Of a stretch of 64,000 nucleotides of DNA, positions 18,394 through 27,686 are shown piece after piece; position 1 is the first letter of the stretch, and each line of letters opens with the position of its first letter. A model generated the notes under the pieces. The model was given only the letters and a program-made list of their open reading frames with translations, did not search any database and was not told where the DNA came from. This stretch comes from a virus: positions 24,604 through 88,603 of the IMG/VR virus record IMGVR_UViG_3300044949_001245; one strand, written 5' to 3'. Made by a program: the position numbers and the translations under genes.

Positions 18394-19965
18394 TTAATCT
18401 AGTGGTCTGCCCTCTAGTGCAGTAATTCTCGCCTCATGCTCAATTATGACTGCTTTTGTTTCATTCAAATCTTCATTAAACGCATCTATATTTGATTCCA
18501 CTGTTGCAAACCCTTCGTTCATTTTCTGTTTTATTTGATTATCTCCTGTCTCAATAACTACCAAAGTGCTATCTTTGTCAGGCTGATAAACTTCTACCAC
18601 CCACTTATCTATCTCATCACGCACAATATCTGATACGACAGGCTCAAGACCACCAGGTGTCGTTGCTTCGCAACATTGCTCCAATTTATTCTCCAACGCT
18701 AGCAACCTAGTGTCGTAATAAGTCTGCATTTGAGTTATTGCAGTATTCAAAGTGGCATTTTGTTTTATCAATTCTTGAATTTGAAGAGTCATTGATGTAC
18801 AACACCTCTCCGCATAATCTTTCAGCTCTTGATAATTAAATGTTAATTGTTCAATCTGAAGTGTCACCTTGCTTTCTAGTTGAGCAATGATTTCATAAAG
18901 GCTTGATATTTGCGCTTCAAGTTGTTTACAGCAATCATCCGTTCCTCCTGAAGTTCCTCCGCAACCACAATCGCAAGAAATTGGTAACCAAAGCCTTTTT
19001 GAACAAATGTAGTCAGCAAGTTGCTCTTCATTTAGTTCTACATCGCTGACTACTATGCTCCAATACTTTCTACATTTCCAACAAACTTCTCCAATAGTTC
19101 CTGAGGCACAACCTGGTGTTCCTAGCTTTATACTTATCACACCGCTGATGGTTTCCGCTACACCAGTGGAATCAACTCGCAATCTAATGAGGTTGTCTGG
19201 ATTGGAATTTATATGGGTTGAGAAATTATCAACCATCCCTCCCACTATGGATAAACTGTCGACATCATTCCCTAAATCCAGCGAAATCACCCCCTGTGAC
19301 AATACTGATGTTACCTTTACTGCGTAAGTTGCGAGTGGAGTGAGTGAGTTTGAGTTTATTTTAGGTTCAATGAAATAAACCTCTCCAGCAGATGCGTTTG
19401 ATATTGTAACATCTATTCCACCATCGGCATTTGGTGCGTAACTTATTACATTAGATTGACTTTGGGGCTGATACGCATCTGCCCAAGTACAGTCAGCACA
19501 AGGCACTTCATATTTTGGGTCTGTAAATATATCCCCCTCACAATCGCAATCATCAGCAAAACGCAAATAAACAAATTGAGGCTTTCCTTTCTCATCACAT
19601 CTACAGAACTCAGTCCATAAGTCCGTAAATAACTCTGGCCTCAATTGTACATTAGGTATTGCTACACTAGATGTTATCACCGCCCAATAGCAATGTATTG
19701 AAGCATCGAAATTCATTGTGAACCCCGAACCGCTACAATCAGTAGCAAATGCTATGTACGTGTACCCTCCAGCAGAACTCGCTGCTCCGATGAGTGGATA
19801 CCAGTCCGCCAATATAACGTCATAGTAATAATGAACCTTTGCTGGTCCAGTTGTATATGGCGTATTAGCATCGTTGTACCAAAGTATTTTCGTATTCAGT
19901 GGAGGATTGACGCCCACGTGAATAGCTTTGATTAGTCCTAGATTTTTTGTTCCAATTATTGGCAT
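18394..19965 (-). CDS. Cys-rich fibre/decoration-like protein with C-terminal coiled coil
   Basis: YTYIAFATDCSGSGF and FVYLRFADD repeats; about 21 Cys; ends EHEARITALE. Confidence 0.55.
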   Translation of the reverse strand: MPIIGTKNLGLIKAIHVGVNPPLNTKILWYNDANTPYTTGPAKVHYYYDVILADWYPLIGAASSAGGYTYIAFATDCSGSGFTMNFDASIHCYWAVITSSVAIPNVQLRPELFTDLWTEFCRCDEKGKPQFVYLRFADDCDCEGDIFTDPKYEVPCADCTWADAYQPQSQSNVISYAPNADGGIDVTISNASAGEVYFIEPKINSNSLTPLATYAVKVTSVLSQGVISLDLGNDVDSLSIVGGMVDNFSTHINSNPDNLIRLRVDSTGVAETISGVISIKLGTPGCASGTIGEVCWKCRKYWSIVVSDVELNEEQLADYICSKRLWLPISCDCGCGGTSGGTDDCCKQLEAQISSLYEIIAQLESKVTLQIEQLTFNYQELKDYAERCCTSMTLQIQELIKQNATLNTAITQMQTYYDTRLLALENKLEQCCEATTPGGLEPVVSDIVRDEIDKWVVEVYQPDKDSTLVVIETGDNQIKQKMNEGFATVESNIDAFNEDLNETKAVIIEHEARITALEGRPLD

Positions 19966-19967
19966 TT

Positions 19968-21602
19968 CTATCTTTTTAACATGTTATTCAAAAACGACTT
20001 TACAAATGGATTGTCATCTGACTCCCCCGACATAAATGGATTTTCCTCATCCATTGGCTCTCCTAGAAATTGGTTTATGTCGAAATCCTCATCACCGCCC
20101 CCCTCTTGACCAGACATCCCCATCCCTCCAGCTTGTTGTGCCTGTTGTTGCTTCATCATCAGCTGTTGTGAATAGGTTGGGTTCAAAATTATATCACCGC
20201 CCTCTACTGGCTCCAATGCGTACTTTTTACGAATTTCGTTCACAGTTTGGAAATTGGCTAATTTCTTAACCTCAACGTCAAGTTCCTCTTGAATCGTCAT
20301 ACCATTTAAGCCCACGAAACAAAACTCATAGTCTGGGTCTATTTGCGCTATGATGTACTTGTTTATCTTTCTCTGGATGAACTTCAAAAGTGGATATAAA
20401 CCCTTGTCTTTTGAGTGCTTCAACTGCCCCTCGTTATTACTCTCAAACAATGACTTCGTTCCTGGTGTAGTGGAAATGTTAAACCCAATTTCATTTGGGT
20501 CAATCGCATAGATTGCGCAAGACAACTTGATGAGATATTCAGTCCATGAGTTGTACTCCATATCTCTATTCGACTTTTGTAAGTCAATCCAATCTATATC
20601 CGCATCAACTATCGGTGTTTTCCAAGATTGCTGAACGCCAGTAATCATAGACAACCATTCCTGTCTAAATGCCTGTAGTTGCTTTTCGTTTACATTCCCC
20701 TTTACTCTTAATAAACCCTTTGGAGCTGACCCCTGACTGAAGAAACGCTTGTTGTATTCGTCAGCCCATAGCATGGATGTTACTGTGCTCACTAGTTCCT
20801 CCAACTCACTCATTCCGTACCCTTGATTGTGTAGGTTGGTGGATGGGTTGCGAACTCCGAAACACAACTCCCATGGATAAAAGACACTTTTGACACTTCC
20901 TTGGTATATCTGTACATAAGATGGGTAATGGCCATTAACCATTTCCCTCTCATCACCTTGGTACATGTCGTCATCGTATGAGTCAGCCAGTCTGAAAGTA
21001 GCAGCATCCGTTGCGAAAAATTCATACAACTTTCCTTTCCTATCTCTTACAATCTCAAAGGTCATTTGGTCATATATGAGTGAGTCTTCAACCATTTTTC
21101 GGATGAATGTTTCAAAGTCATCTGTATGCCATCCTGAAGTAACTCCGCAATTCAAAATTGTGTCTTGAAGTTCTTCAATCTTTGTCCATTCCTCTGGAGT
21201 ATTGTCACGCTCTGGTTCGCCCAACTTTCTCTTTTTGCGAATGATGAACCCAGTTGAGTATTTGTCCGCTTGCGGTTCAGCAAAGTCAGCAATCTGATTT
21301 TTCCTAGTCTTCAGGATTGCGTTGATAATCGGTGTTTTGGACATCCGCTTGAGTGTAGTGTAACTCAGTGAAAATGGTTTGTCCTTGTAGCCAAAGTTGT
21401 GATTGAATTCAAGTGGGTCTATCAAAAAACTCTTTTTCTTACCAGAGTTGACTGCGTCATTTTCCTCTAGTATCTGCTTTGCTCTTATTAAATCCCCAGG
21501 TGAATTACCAGTCATGGCTTTTTCCAAAAGCATCATCTTTTTCACCGCTAGTTTTTGTTCTAGCGATGAAATTGAATCTAGCTTATTTTTGATTGAACCC
21601 AT
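19968..21602 (-). CDS. portal protein
   Basis: DSLIYDQ, YGMSELE, N.RFFSQG..PKGLL, IDP.EIG motifs of HK97/Twort-like portals. Confidence 0.9.
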   Translation of the reverse strand: MGSIKNKLDSISSLEQKLAVKKMMLLEKAMTGNSPGDLIRAKQILEENDAVNSGKKKSFLIDPLEFNHNFGYKDKPFSLSYTTLKRMSKTPIINAILKTRKNQIADFAEPQADKYSTGFIIRKKRKLGEPERDNTPEEWTKIEELQDTILNCGVTSGWHTDDFETFIRKMVEDSLIYDQMTFEIVRDRKGKLYEFFATDAATFRLADSYDDDMYQGDEREMVNGHYPSYVQIYQGSVKSVFYPWELCFGVRNPSTNLHNQGYGMSELEELVSTVTSMLWADEYNKRFFSQGSAPKGLLRVKGNVNEKQLQAFRQEWLSMITGVQQSWKTPIVDADIDWIDLQKSNRDMEYNSWTEYLIKLSCAIYAIDPNEIGFNISTTPGTKSLFESNNEGQLKHSKDKGLYPLLKFIQRKINKYIIAQIDPDYEFCFVGLNGMTIQEELDVEVKKLANFQTVNEIRKKYALEPVEGGDIILNPTYSQQLMMKQQQAQQAGGMGMSGQEGGGDEDFDINQFLGEPMDEENPFMSGESDDNPFVKSFLNNMLKR

Positions 21603-21624
21603 ATCTAATTATTCACAGTTTGAA

Positions 21625-22989
21625 TTATTGTCCTTTTTGATATCTAGTGAATGAATCAAATGCTTCTTTCATCATTGCAACTAGTGTCTTTTTATGTTTT
21701 GGACTTAATGAATTAAATTCTTGTTCTTGGTCTCTGCCATCCATTCCTAAATCATTCTCCATAATGTAATCATTTATGTCCTCTACAAATCCATCACCAC
21801 CCTCTTCATACATCTGGTAGTACGCATCGAAAAAGTCATCGCCATTTGAGAAATCCTTTTGACTTTCTTTGGAATCAACTTTGTTATCTGCACTTTCTTG
21901 CTCCGTTTCTTCAGAGTCATTAAATGATGCTCTGTCTTGTGCTTGCTCTTTAGTATTTCCAGGATTGATAAAATCATCTTCCTCAGAGTCATTAGATGAT
22001 GCTCTGTCTTCACCTAGAATTGCTTCCATGGCATAATCCCAATCCTCTTTCATCCCCTCTTTTTCTTCATCGCTCATATTAGGAAATTCCCAAGCACTTG
22101 GAGCAACTTTATCCTCAATATCTTTATCAGACATTCCTAAATCTTTCAGAGCCATGTATTTTTTGAAAAGTTCTGCAGTGTCCATTTTGCCTTGAGAATT
22201 GAATATGCCTTCAGCAAGGTCATCAATCATAGCATCTACATCTGAATCATCGCCTGAAAAATCTCCCCCATCATCCTCGTTTCTCTGTTGTGTTTCTGGG
22301 TGACCAGTTTTTTCTTTCAAAGAATTGAGTGAGTTTTGAGCCTCATCAATCGCAGCATGAGTTTCCGAATTATCTTGTTTTGTAGCATCGTGTAGCTTCA
22401 TAGCTTGTCCAATTGGAACTCCGTGAGTGATTGCGAAATCAATAATCGCATCCTTGTCTGCGTGAGCATCTAAAGCAAACTTTACGCTATCTGGGTTGTC
22501 ATAATCCATTGGCTCTTCATAATCGCCATCCAACTCACCTCTTTTTTGTAACTCTTCACGGGCAGCTTGAGCCATCTCATCATCGCCATCTACGAATTTC
22601 ATCAATACAGATGACTCAGTCTTGGAAGCATGGTTTGCTAGTTTTTCCAAATTGCTATCTTTAGCATATTTCTCAACCTCTTGTTTACCCTCTTCACCTG
22701 GCTTTGTTCCGACCTCTTTTTTATCCTCTTGTTCCTCTGGTTTAGATGAGTCCTTACTGCCTTTCTCATCTTCTCCTTGGCGTACCCAACGACTAGTTTT
22801 GCGCCCCATCTTATCGGTGATTTGCTTTTTTACCAATCCTTGCTTTCCACCACCACCGCCTGATGAAGCATCAGGTCTTTGGTCTCCAAAGTCCATATGA
22901 CCCTTTGTTACTTCTTCTACTTCTTTGAAGCCTTTGAGGATTGTTAATTTTCTGAGCGCAATCTGCTCTTGTATTTTCTTATCAATCAT
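21625..22989 (-). CDS. acidic probable internal virion protein
   Basis: ILKG and VTKG sites; GLVKKQITDKMGRKTSRWV motif; D/E-rich; late motif at 23026-23035. Confidence 0.55.
   Translation of the reverse strand: MIDKKIQEQIALRKLTILKGFKEVEEVTKGHMDFGDQRPDASSGGGGGKQGLVKKQITDKMGRKTSRWVRQGEDEKGSKDSSKPEEQEDKKEVGTKPGEEGKQEVEKYAKDSNLEKLANHASKTESSVLMKFVDGDDEMAQAAREELQKRGELDGDYEEPMDYDNPDSVKFALDAHADKDAIIDFAITHGVPIGQAMKLHDATKQDNSETHAAIDEAQNSLNSLKEKTGHPETQQRNEDDGGDFSGDDSDVDAMIDDLAEGIFNSQGKMDTAELFKKYMALKDLGMSDKDIEDKVAPSAWEFPNMSDEEKEGMKEDWDYAMEAILGEDRASSNDSEEDDFINPGNTKEQAQDRASFNDSEETEQESADNKVDSKESQKDFSNGDDFFDAYYQMYEEGGDGFVEDINDYIMENDLGMDGRDQEQEFNSLSPKHKKTLVAMMKEAFDSFTRYQKGQ
21911..22010. repeat. internal ~28-bp near-perfect duplication (DRASxNDSEE twice)
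   Basis: tcagagtcattaaatgatgctctgtctt and tcagagtcattagatgatgctctgtctt. Confidence 0.8.
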
Positions 22990-23010
22990 AATTAATGACT
23001 TTTGGATTTT

Positions 23011-23445
23011 TCAATTTTGTTTATCTAATAACTGTCGCTTGAACTTATTTATGTGCTTGTTGATGAAAGTTATTTCGATGTCGTCATCAGATGAATGATG
23101 AATGAAAATGCGCCATGATTTCATTTTCACTATCATTTCATTTTCACCGCCTGAACTATCTGGTATTGAGTACGTTTCAGATGATTTTGATGAGTAAATG
23201 AAATTGACTACATCCATGAAACACTCTACATCATCTTGCTCCGAAAATGAAAAAGTGACTAAACTGTTAACATCAGTGTTCAACAATTCAGCCACTCTAG
23301 TGTAATGTTCTACTTCCGTATTGGTCAGACTAAATTCACTTACTGCTTTGTAACGTAAACTTCTGTTGTTTGCGGACTGAACACACTCCGTTGCTTTCCC
23401 TCTCCAATTTTCATCTTCCAATACTTCTGGAACTCGCATAGCCAC
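23011..23445 (-). CDS. hypothetical protein (start uncertain)
   Basis: Fills the gap between genes; the upstream ATGs lie about 100 nt inside the kinase gene. Confidence 0.45.
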   Translation of the reverse strand: MAMRVPEVLEDENWRGKATECVQSANNRSLRYKAVSEFSLTNTEVEHYTRVAELLNTDVNSLVTFSFSEQDDVECFMDVVNFIYSSKSSETYSIPDSSGGENEMIVKMKSWRIFIHHSSDDDIEITFINKHINKFKRQLLDKQN

Positions 23446-24380
23446 ATTTCTATTTGGTGTAATGTAATTTTACCCTCTTTTGGTGTAACTATTTTATATT
23501 TGTTATTTTCTTTATCCCAATCCAAGTATTTGAAATCACCTATCTCAGCAAGTTTAGCCTTGGCCATGTCACGCAACATGTAAATTCCTTTTATCTGTTC
23601 GCCCTTACTTAATGACGGAAAAATTAACCGAATGCCGATGGAAGCACCTGGTCCAACATTCGTAAAATCATCTTGGTCAAACTTCATCAGTTGTATTCCT
23701 GAATATCTTGGCGCATATGTAAAGTCCTGATAAAATTCATGAGCAATAAAATCAGCAACTGCCGGCAATGTTTTCAAATAGCTTATTAACTCCTTTGGCT
23801 CTTTTGCGCTCAATAGCAGTTTGTTTATTTTTGGGATAGCAGAATGTATTGACGGAACAACTACTTGCGTGTAGCACCAATCTCTTTTCGCACCAGGACA
23901 AGCCTGTGAATTTATCAGATACGCATTTGTATAAGGATTGTTTCCAGTTTCTCTGTATCCGTATATCAACTCAGCCCACTCACCCTTATCGTACTGGTCA
24001 TAGCTTGGAAACATACCATCAAAAGATTTTTTCTGGCTACCTATCCACTCAAATGTTTCAGGGCAGTTAAATATCCTAAAAAGCATGATTTTCCAAACCA
24101 AGTCCTTTCGACTATTTGGCTCCATCAAAACGTGCTTTATTTGCCACTGCGAATGTCTGTCCAGTTCCCGAAAAACATTTGTGAATTTATGATTGGACAT
24201 AAATGGGTCTTGGCTCCATGGTCTTGATTCATTCTTTACAAATCTGCGGTGCCATATTTCTTGTCGCTCAAACATGGTTTGAAAAAATAAACCTAGATTT
24301 TCATCATCCACTTCCTTGTCCGATGATGGTAGGGCATTCCCCCAAGACTTCATACCATAAGCTGTTCTAAATTCTTCCAT
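23340..24380 (-). CDS. 5-hydroxymethyluracil DNA kinase-like protein (HMUDK helical / aGPT-Pplase1 family)
   Basis: ERQ.IW.RR...PWS.DP....KFTNVFRELDR, LFRIFN, YTNAY, GPGA..GI and IEMWLCEFQKY motifs. Confidence 0.8.
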   Translation of the reverse strand: MEEFRTAYGMKSWGNALPSSDKEVDDENLGLFFQTMFERQEIWHRRFVKNESRPWSQDPFMSNHKFTNVFRELDRHSQWQIKHVLMEPNSRKDLVWKIMLFRIFNCPETFEWIGSQKKSFDGMFPSYDQYDKGEWAELIYGYRETGNNPYTNAYLINSQACPGAKRDWCYTQVVVPSIHSAIPKINKLLLSAKEPKELISYLKTLPAVADFIAHEFYQDFTYAPRYSGIQLMKFDQDDFTNVGPGASIGIRLIFPSLSKGEQIKGIYMLRDMAKAKLAEIGDFKYLDWDKENNKYKIVTPKEGKITLHQIEMWLCEFQKYWKMKIGEGKQRSVFSPQTTEVYVTKQ

Positions 24381-24858
24381 TGATGATTTTTTTTAATTTC
24401 TCCACATAAACTTTGTCAGAGGCATATACAGATTGTAGCTTTCCGAAATACTCATCTTGAGTCAACCCTTTGGCGTACCTACATTGCCAAATAAGATAGT
24501 CCATCATACATTCTTTCCAGCTAGTATAAATCGCATAGCCATCTTTCTTACCAATAGCTGTAGTTGGTCTTTGAGCAGCCAATCTCATCCCGACTAAATT
24601 GTTGTTGTTTTTAGCAACAGATGATTTCAAGTTTCCGCTTTCTAGCATAACCTGAGCTACAACTACCTCTGGGTGCTCAAACTTACAACGCTTTACAAAC
24701 TTTTCTACATTCTCTATCGTCAAGGTGTCTTCATCGCAAGTGATGTTGAGTTCATAACTTACATTTTGCTTTACTGTCTTTCTCAACTTTAGCGAAACGC
24801 CAAGCGCAACAACAGCAAGTATCAAGGCTGTGATGCTAGTTACATTTTTGAAATTCAT
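24367..24858 (-). CDS. glucosaminidase (GH73/FlgJ-like) with N-terminal hydrophobic anchor
   Basis: AQVMLESG, NNNLVGM, YAIY.SW, YASD..Y motifs. Confidence 0.75.
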   Translation of the reverse strand: MNFKNVTSITALILAVVALGVSLKLRKTVKQNVSYELNITCDEDTLTIENVEKFVKRCKFEHPEVVVAQVMLESGNLKSSVAKNNNNLVGMRLAAQRPTTAIGKKDGYAIYTSWKECMMDYLIWQCRYAKGLTQDEYFGKLQSVYASDKVYVEKLKKIINGRI

Positions 24859-24861
24859 AAT

Positions 24862-25116
24862 TTACAATTTTAGAAAGTTTAACAATTTCGCTCCATAGTT
24901 AATCAGTATCAACCTCGTGGTTTCTTTACCGACTTTCTGAGGAACAAATCTCACTCTAGTGTACTGCGCTCTACCTGATGAGTACACTAACTTAAACTCT
25001 GTATCTCCATCCAAAAGAATGTTACAAAGTTCCTTCAAGTTGCTTCCTATACAATGTTGTTTAGTTGCTTCCTTGAGTTGCTTCTGAATTGCTAGTTTCC
25101 ACGTTTCCATCTTCAA
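24862..25116 (-). CDS. hypothetical protein
   Basis: 84-aa ORF in the gene-dense minus-strand run. Confidence 0.45.
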   Translation of the reverse strand: MKMETWKLAIQKQLKEATKQHCIGSNLKELCNILLDGDTEFKLVYSSGRAQYTRVRFVPQKVGKETTRLILINYGAKLLNFLKL

Positions 25117-25558
25117 ACTTTATTTTATATTCATACAAATAGCGGAAAATGGTTCGTCCATCCTCCGCTTTATTCTCATCATTTACATTCACCACCAACT
25201 CAACCTTAATTCCCTCAGGCAAATTCATAGACTTGATTTGCTGTTCTGTCAGTTGTTTGAAATCTAGGTATCTGAGAGTGACGAAATAGTCCTCATCATC
25301 CAGCGTCAGTTTACAATCAGACCACGCCATTCTGGAGTAATCTTTAATACACCTCTCCACCAACTCATACAGGTCTATGTCGCCAGCATCTACATCCTTA
25401 TATCCATCCCCTCCGCATTCCTCACATTCGTGAGTTTCATAACATCCGCCACAACACATAGACATCGGCTTGAAGCATGTTGGTCCAACTTCTACTTTTC
25501 CCTCACCGCCACATTCAGGGCAGTCTAGCCTTATATTCATTTGTGCCATGGTTACCAA
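25061..25558 (-). CDS. DnaJ-type zinc-finger protein
   Basis: CPECGGEG and CEECGGDG (CxxCxGxG repeats). Confidence 0.6.
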   Translation of the reverse strand: MVTMAQMNIRLDCPECGGEGKVEVGPTCFKPMSMCCGGCYETHECEECGGDGYKDVDAGDIDLYELVERCIKDYSRMAWSDCKLTLDDEDYFVTLRYLDFKQLTEQQIKSMNLPEGIKVELVVNVNDENKAEDGRTIFRYLYEYKIKFEDGNVETSNSEATQGSN

Positions 25559-25908
25559 GTTTTGGGATATTTGTCTAAAATGTGTTGAGGATACAATCTG
25601 CCCCCTCCGTTACCAAGCACATCTTCCCACCATCTTATTCCAGCCTGAAGTCTTGGTACGGCAAACTTCGTTACATCCTCATCATGCACAAAGAAAAATA
25701 AATCATTTCGGTTGCCTGTATCGGGCACCGCCACTCCGTACATATCTTGGTCAGGCAAGGTCTTAACTTCCTCTGCCATCTTGATACGAACTCCGTTAAA
25801 TTTTTCCGCAATCCAGTTCTCAAATTCTTGGAAACTGAACTGTCCATCTTCATCAGCCAGTATTACACCAGGCCATACGCAAAGCTGCTTAAAATTTTCC
25901 ATTTTCAA
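25552..25908 (-). CDS. hypothetical protein
   Basis: 118-aa ORF. Confidence 0.55.
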   Translation of the reverse strand: MKMENFKQLCVWPGVILADEDGQFSFQEFENWIAEKFNGVRIKMAEEVKTLPDQDMYGVAVPDTGNRNDLFFFVHDEDVTKFAVPRLQAGIRWWEDVLGNGGGRLYPQHILDKYPKTW

Positions 25909-25932
25909 ATTGTTTTAGTTATTAACTTTGTT

Positions 25933-25960
25933 AAAAAAAATGGGGGGCATTTCACCCCCC
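25933..25960 (-). terminator. intrinsic terminator
   Basis: GGGGGG...CCCCCC stem followed by T8 on the minus strand. Confidence 0.75.
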
Positions 25961-25966
25961 TTTGTT

Positions 25967-26329
25967 TTATTCTTGTTCGTTGTTACTTGGTAGTAACTCC
26001 CTGATTGCGCTGTAGCATTCTACATTAGTCAGCGTGGGAAATCTCCTACTCATGAAGTCATAGGTCTTGCAAGATAGCTTCCAAACCATAGTATCGTCAC
26101 AAGGAACATCCGTGCGCCCTAGCTGTCTAGCAACCCATCCCTTAACTAATGAGATGTTGTCAAGGTGAGCTACAAATCCTTGCTCCACTATATCCTTGTG
26201 GAACTTTCTTTTACCCAGTTGTTCCATTTCTAGTACAACAAGGTCATTTTCCAATCCTAGAAAGGTTGCCATTCTTCCATCCTTTTTACTCTGGATTGCT
26301 TTTGCGGTGATTAAGTCTGCTAGTGTCAT
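25967..26329 (-). CDS. hypothetical early protein (start revised to ATG 26329)
   Basis: Lies between early promoter 26347-26399 and terminator. Confidence 0.55.
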   Translation of the reverse strand: MTLADLITAKAIQSKKDGRMATFLGLENDLVVLEMEQLGKRKFHKDIVEQGFVAHLDNISLVKGWVARQLGRTDVPCDDTMVWKLSCKTYDFMSRRFPTLTNVECYSAIRELLPSNNEQE

Positions 26330-26346
26330 GTTTTTGAAATTTTTTA

Positions 26347-26399
26347 AGTTTAACAATCAATTCTGAAGTAAAGGTAAATGTAAATTTACAATCTACAAA
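26347..26399 (-). promoter_or_regulatory. early promoter copy 1 (Bacteroidota sigma-A type) with conserved leader
   Basis: TTTG-N19-TACCTTTA; 30-bp block 26347-26376 identical to 31342-31371 and 40867-40896. Confidence 0.8.
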
Positions 26400-26426
26400 A
26401 TTTTTTTCAAACTTTTTTTGAAAAAA

Positions 26427-26678
26427 TCATGAAATAATTTTTTTCAGCTCATTTTTAACACGTTTCGCAACTTCCCCTCTCCAAGTTGCTGCGTTGGATA
26501 GGAAATATCTCACGATGGAATCACCTGTGTCCATTCCGTAATTATCCCCGACCTGATTCAAACTAGACATCGCATCTAGGTATGGTTCAGCGCCAAAATA
26601 TACCTTTTTCCAATCCGACCTGACTTCAGCCGCAATTTCGTAAAGTGGTCTGTGTGGTTTACTTTCGTTTCTAGCCAT
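26427..26678 (-). CDS. conserved phage hypothetical protein
   Basis: RPLYEIA..DW...YFGA.PYL.AM...YFL.NA.TWRGE motif recalled from diverse phages. Confidence 0.6.
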   Translation of the reverse strand: MARNESKPHRPLYEIAAEVRSDWKKVYFGAEPYLDAMSSLNQVGDNYGMDTGDSIVRYFLSNAATWRGEVAKRVKNELKKIIS

Positions 26679-26691
26679 TTTTATTCCGTTT

Positions 26692-27636
26692 TTAATTAAC
26701 TGTACTAGTCATAGCATAAACAGCCATATCTCGCCAATCCTCTCCATTCTCTGGGTCAACTCGCATACTAATGACTTTTATCAAAGTCCTAAAATTCAAG
26801 TCACCACAACTTTTATGATATTCCTCTATCAAATCAAGACATTCCTCTTTCTCTTCAATCGACACATCTGGTCTGATGTGTCCTAGTATTGCCCTCATCC
26901 TTTCAATTTTAACAGGATTGGTCATCGTCAAATCAATACTCATTGACCTAGATAGAATTGCTTGGTCAATTTTCTCTTGCGGTAAATTGCTGATGAAGAT
27001 TATTCGCCCCTCAAATACAAAATCAGATGGCAAATCAGGCAACTCTTTACTAGTTATCCAATGTATTCTGCGCTCATCGTATGAGTCCAGAGCACCTTTC
27101 AATAAATTTTTTGCCGTTGGGTCTTTCAAAACTTCATCGCAATCATCAAAAACAATCAGCTTGTCTGAATTTTCATAAAGTGTTCTATACAATCCACGTG
27201 GCGTTGAGTACCCTTTGACGATGATGAAATCATAGTCCTCAACTAATTGCTTTTTGAGAATTTCTTGTTTTACAGTGTAGGATTTTCCCAAACCGCCCTC
27301 GCCAGTGATTATCATAGACACGGCTGTCTTCTTGATTACCATTTTAATCATGTTCTCAAGAAATCTAAACTTGTCATTGATGTTGAATTGACTTGGTGGC
27401 GTCAAAGGAACAACTTGCTCTCCGATGTCAGTTGTTGTTTGATTGCCTACCACTTGAATATCATCTGGAGAAACAAATTTGATTTTGTTCATTTGTCGGT
27501 CAAACTTCCGACCATCCGCTGTTTCAATGGTGTGATATCCGTTTCTGCCAGCCTTGACATATTTTCCGAATAAAACTTCACCATCCCTTGACCTGATTGA
27601 TACAGGTGTTCCTGCTTTAATAGCAATGTCCATCAT
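26692..27636 (-). CDS. AAA+ ATPase (paralog of 9784-11298)
   Basis: GEGGLGKS, LIVFDDCD, F.F.GRIIFISN, AILSRS. Confidence 0.8.
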   Translation of the reverse strand: MMDIAIKAGTPVSIRSRDGEVLFGKYVKAGRNGYHTIETADGRKFDRQMNKIKFVSPDDIQVVGNQTTTDIGEQVVPLTPPSQFNINDKFRFLENMIKMVIKKTAVSMIITGEGGLGKSYTVKQEILKKQLVEDYDFIIVKGYSTPRGLYRTLYENSDKLIVFDDCDEVLKDPTAKNLLKGALDSYDERRIHWITSKELPDLPSDFVFEGRIIFISNLPQEKIDQAILSRSMSIDLTMTNPVKIERMRAILGHIRPDVSIEEKEECLDLIEEYHKSCGDLNFRTLIKVISMRVDPENGEDWRDMAVYAMTSTVN

Positions 27637-27686
27637 AATTTTGAAATGTTTACAATTTTGAAAGTAACATACTAAACTTTGTAAAT

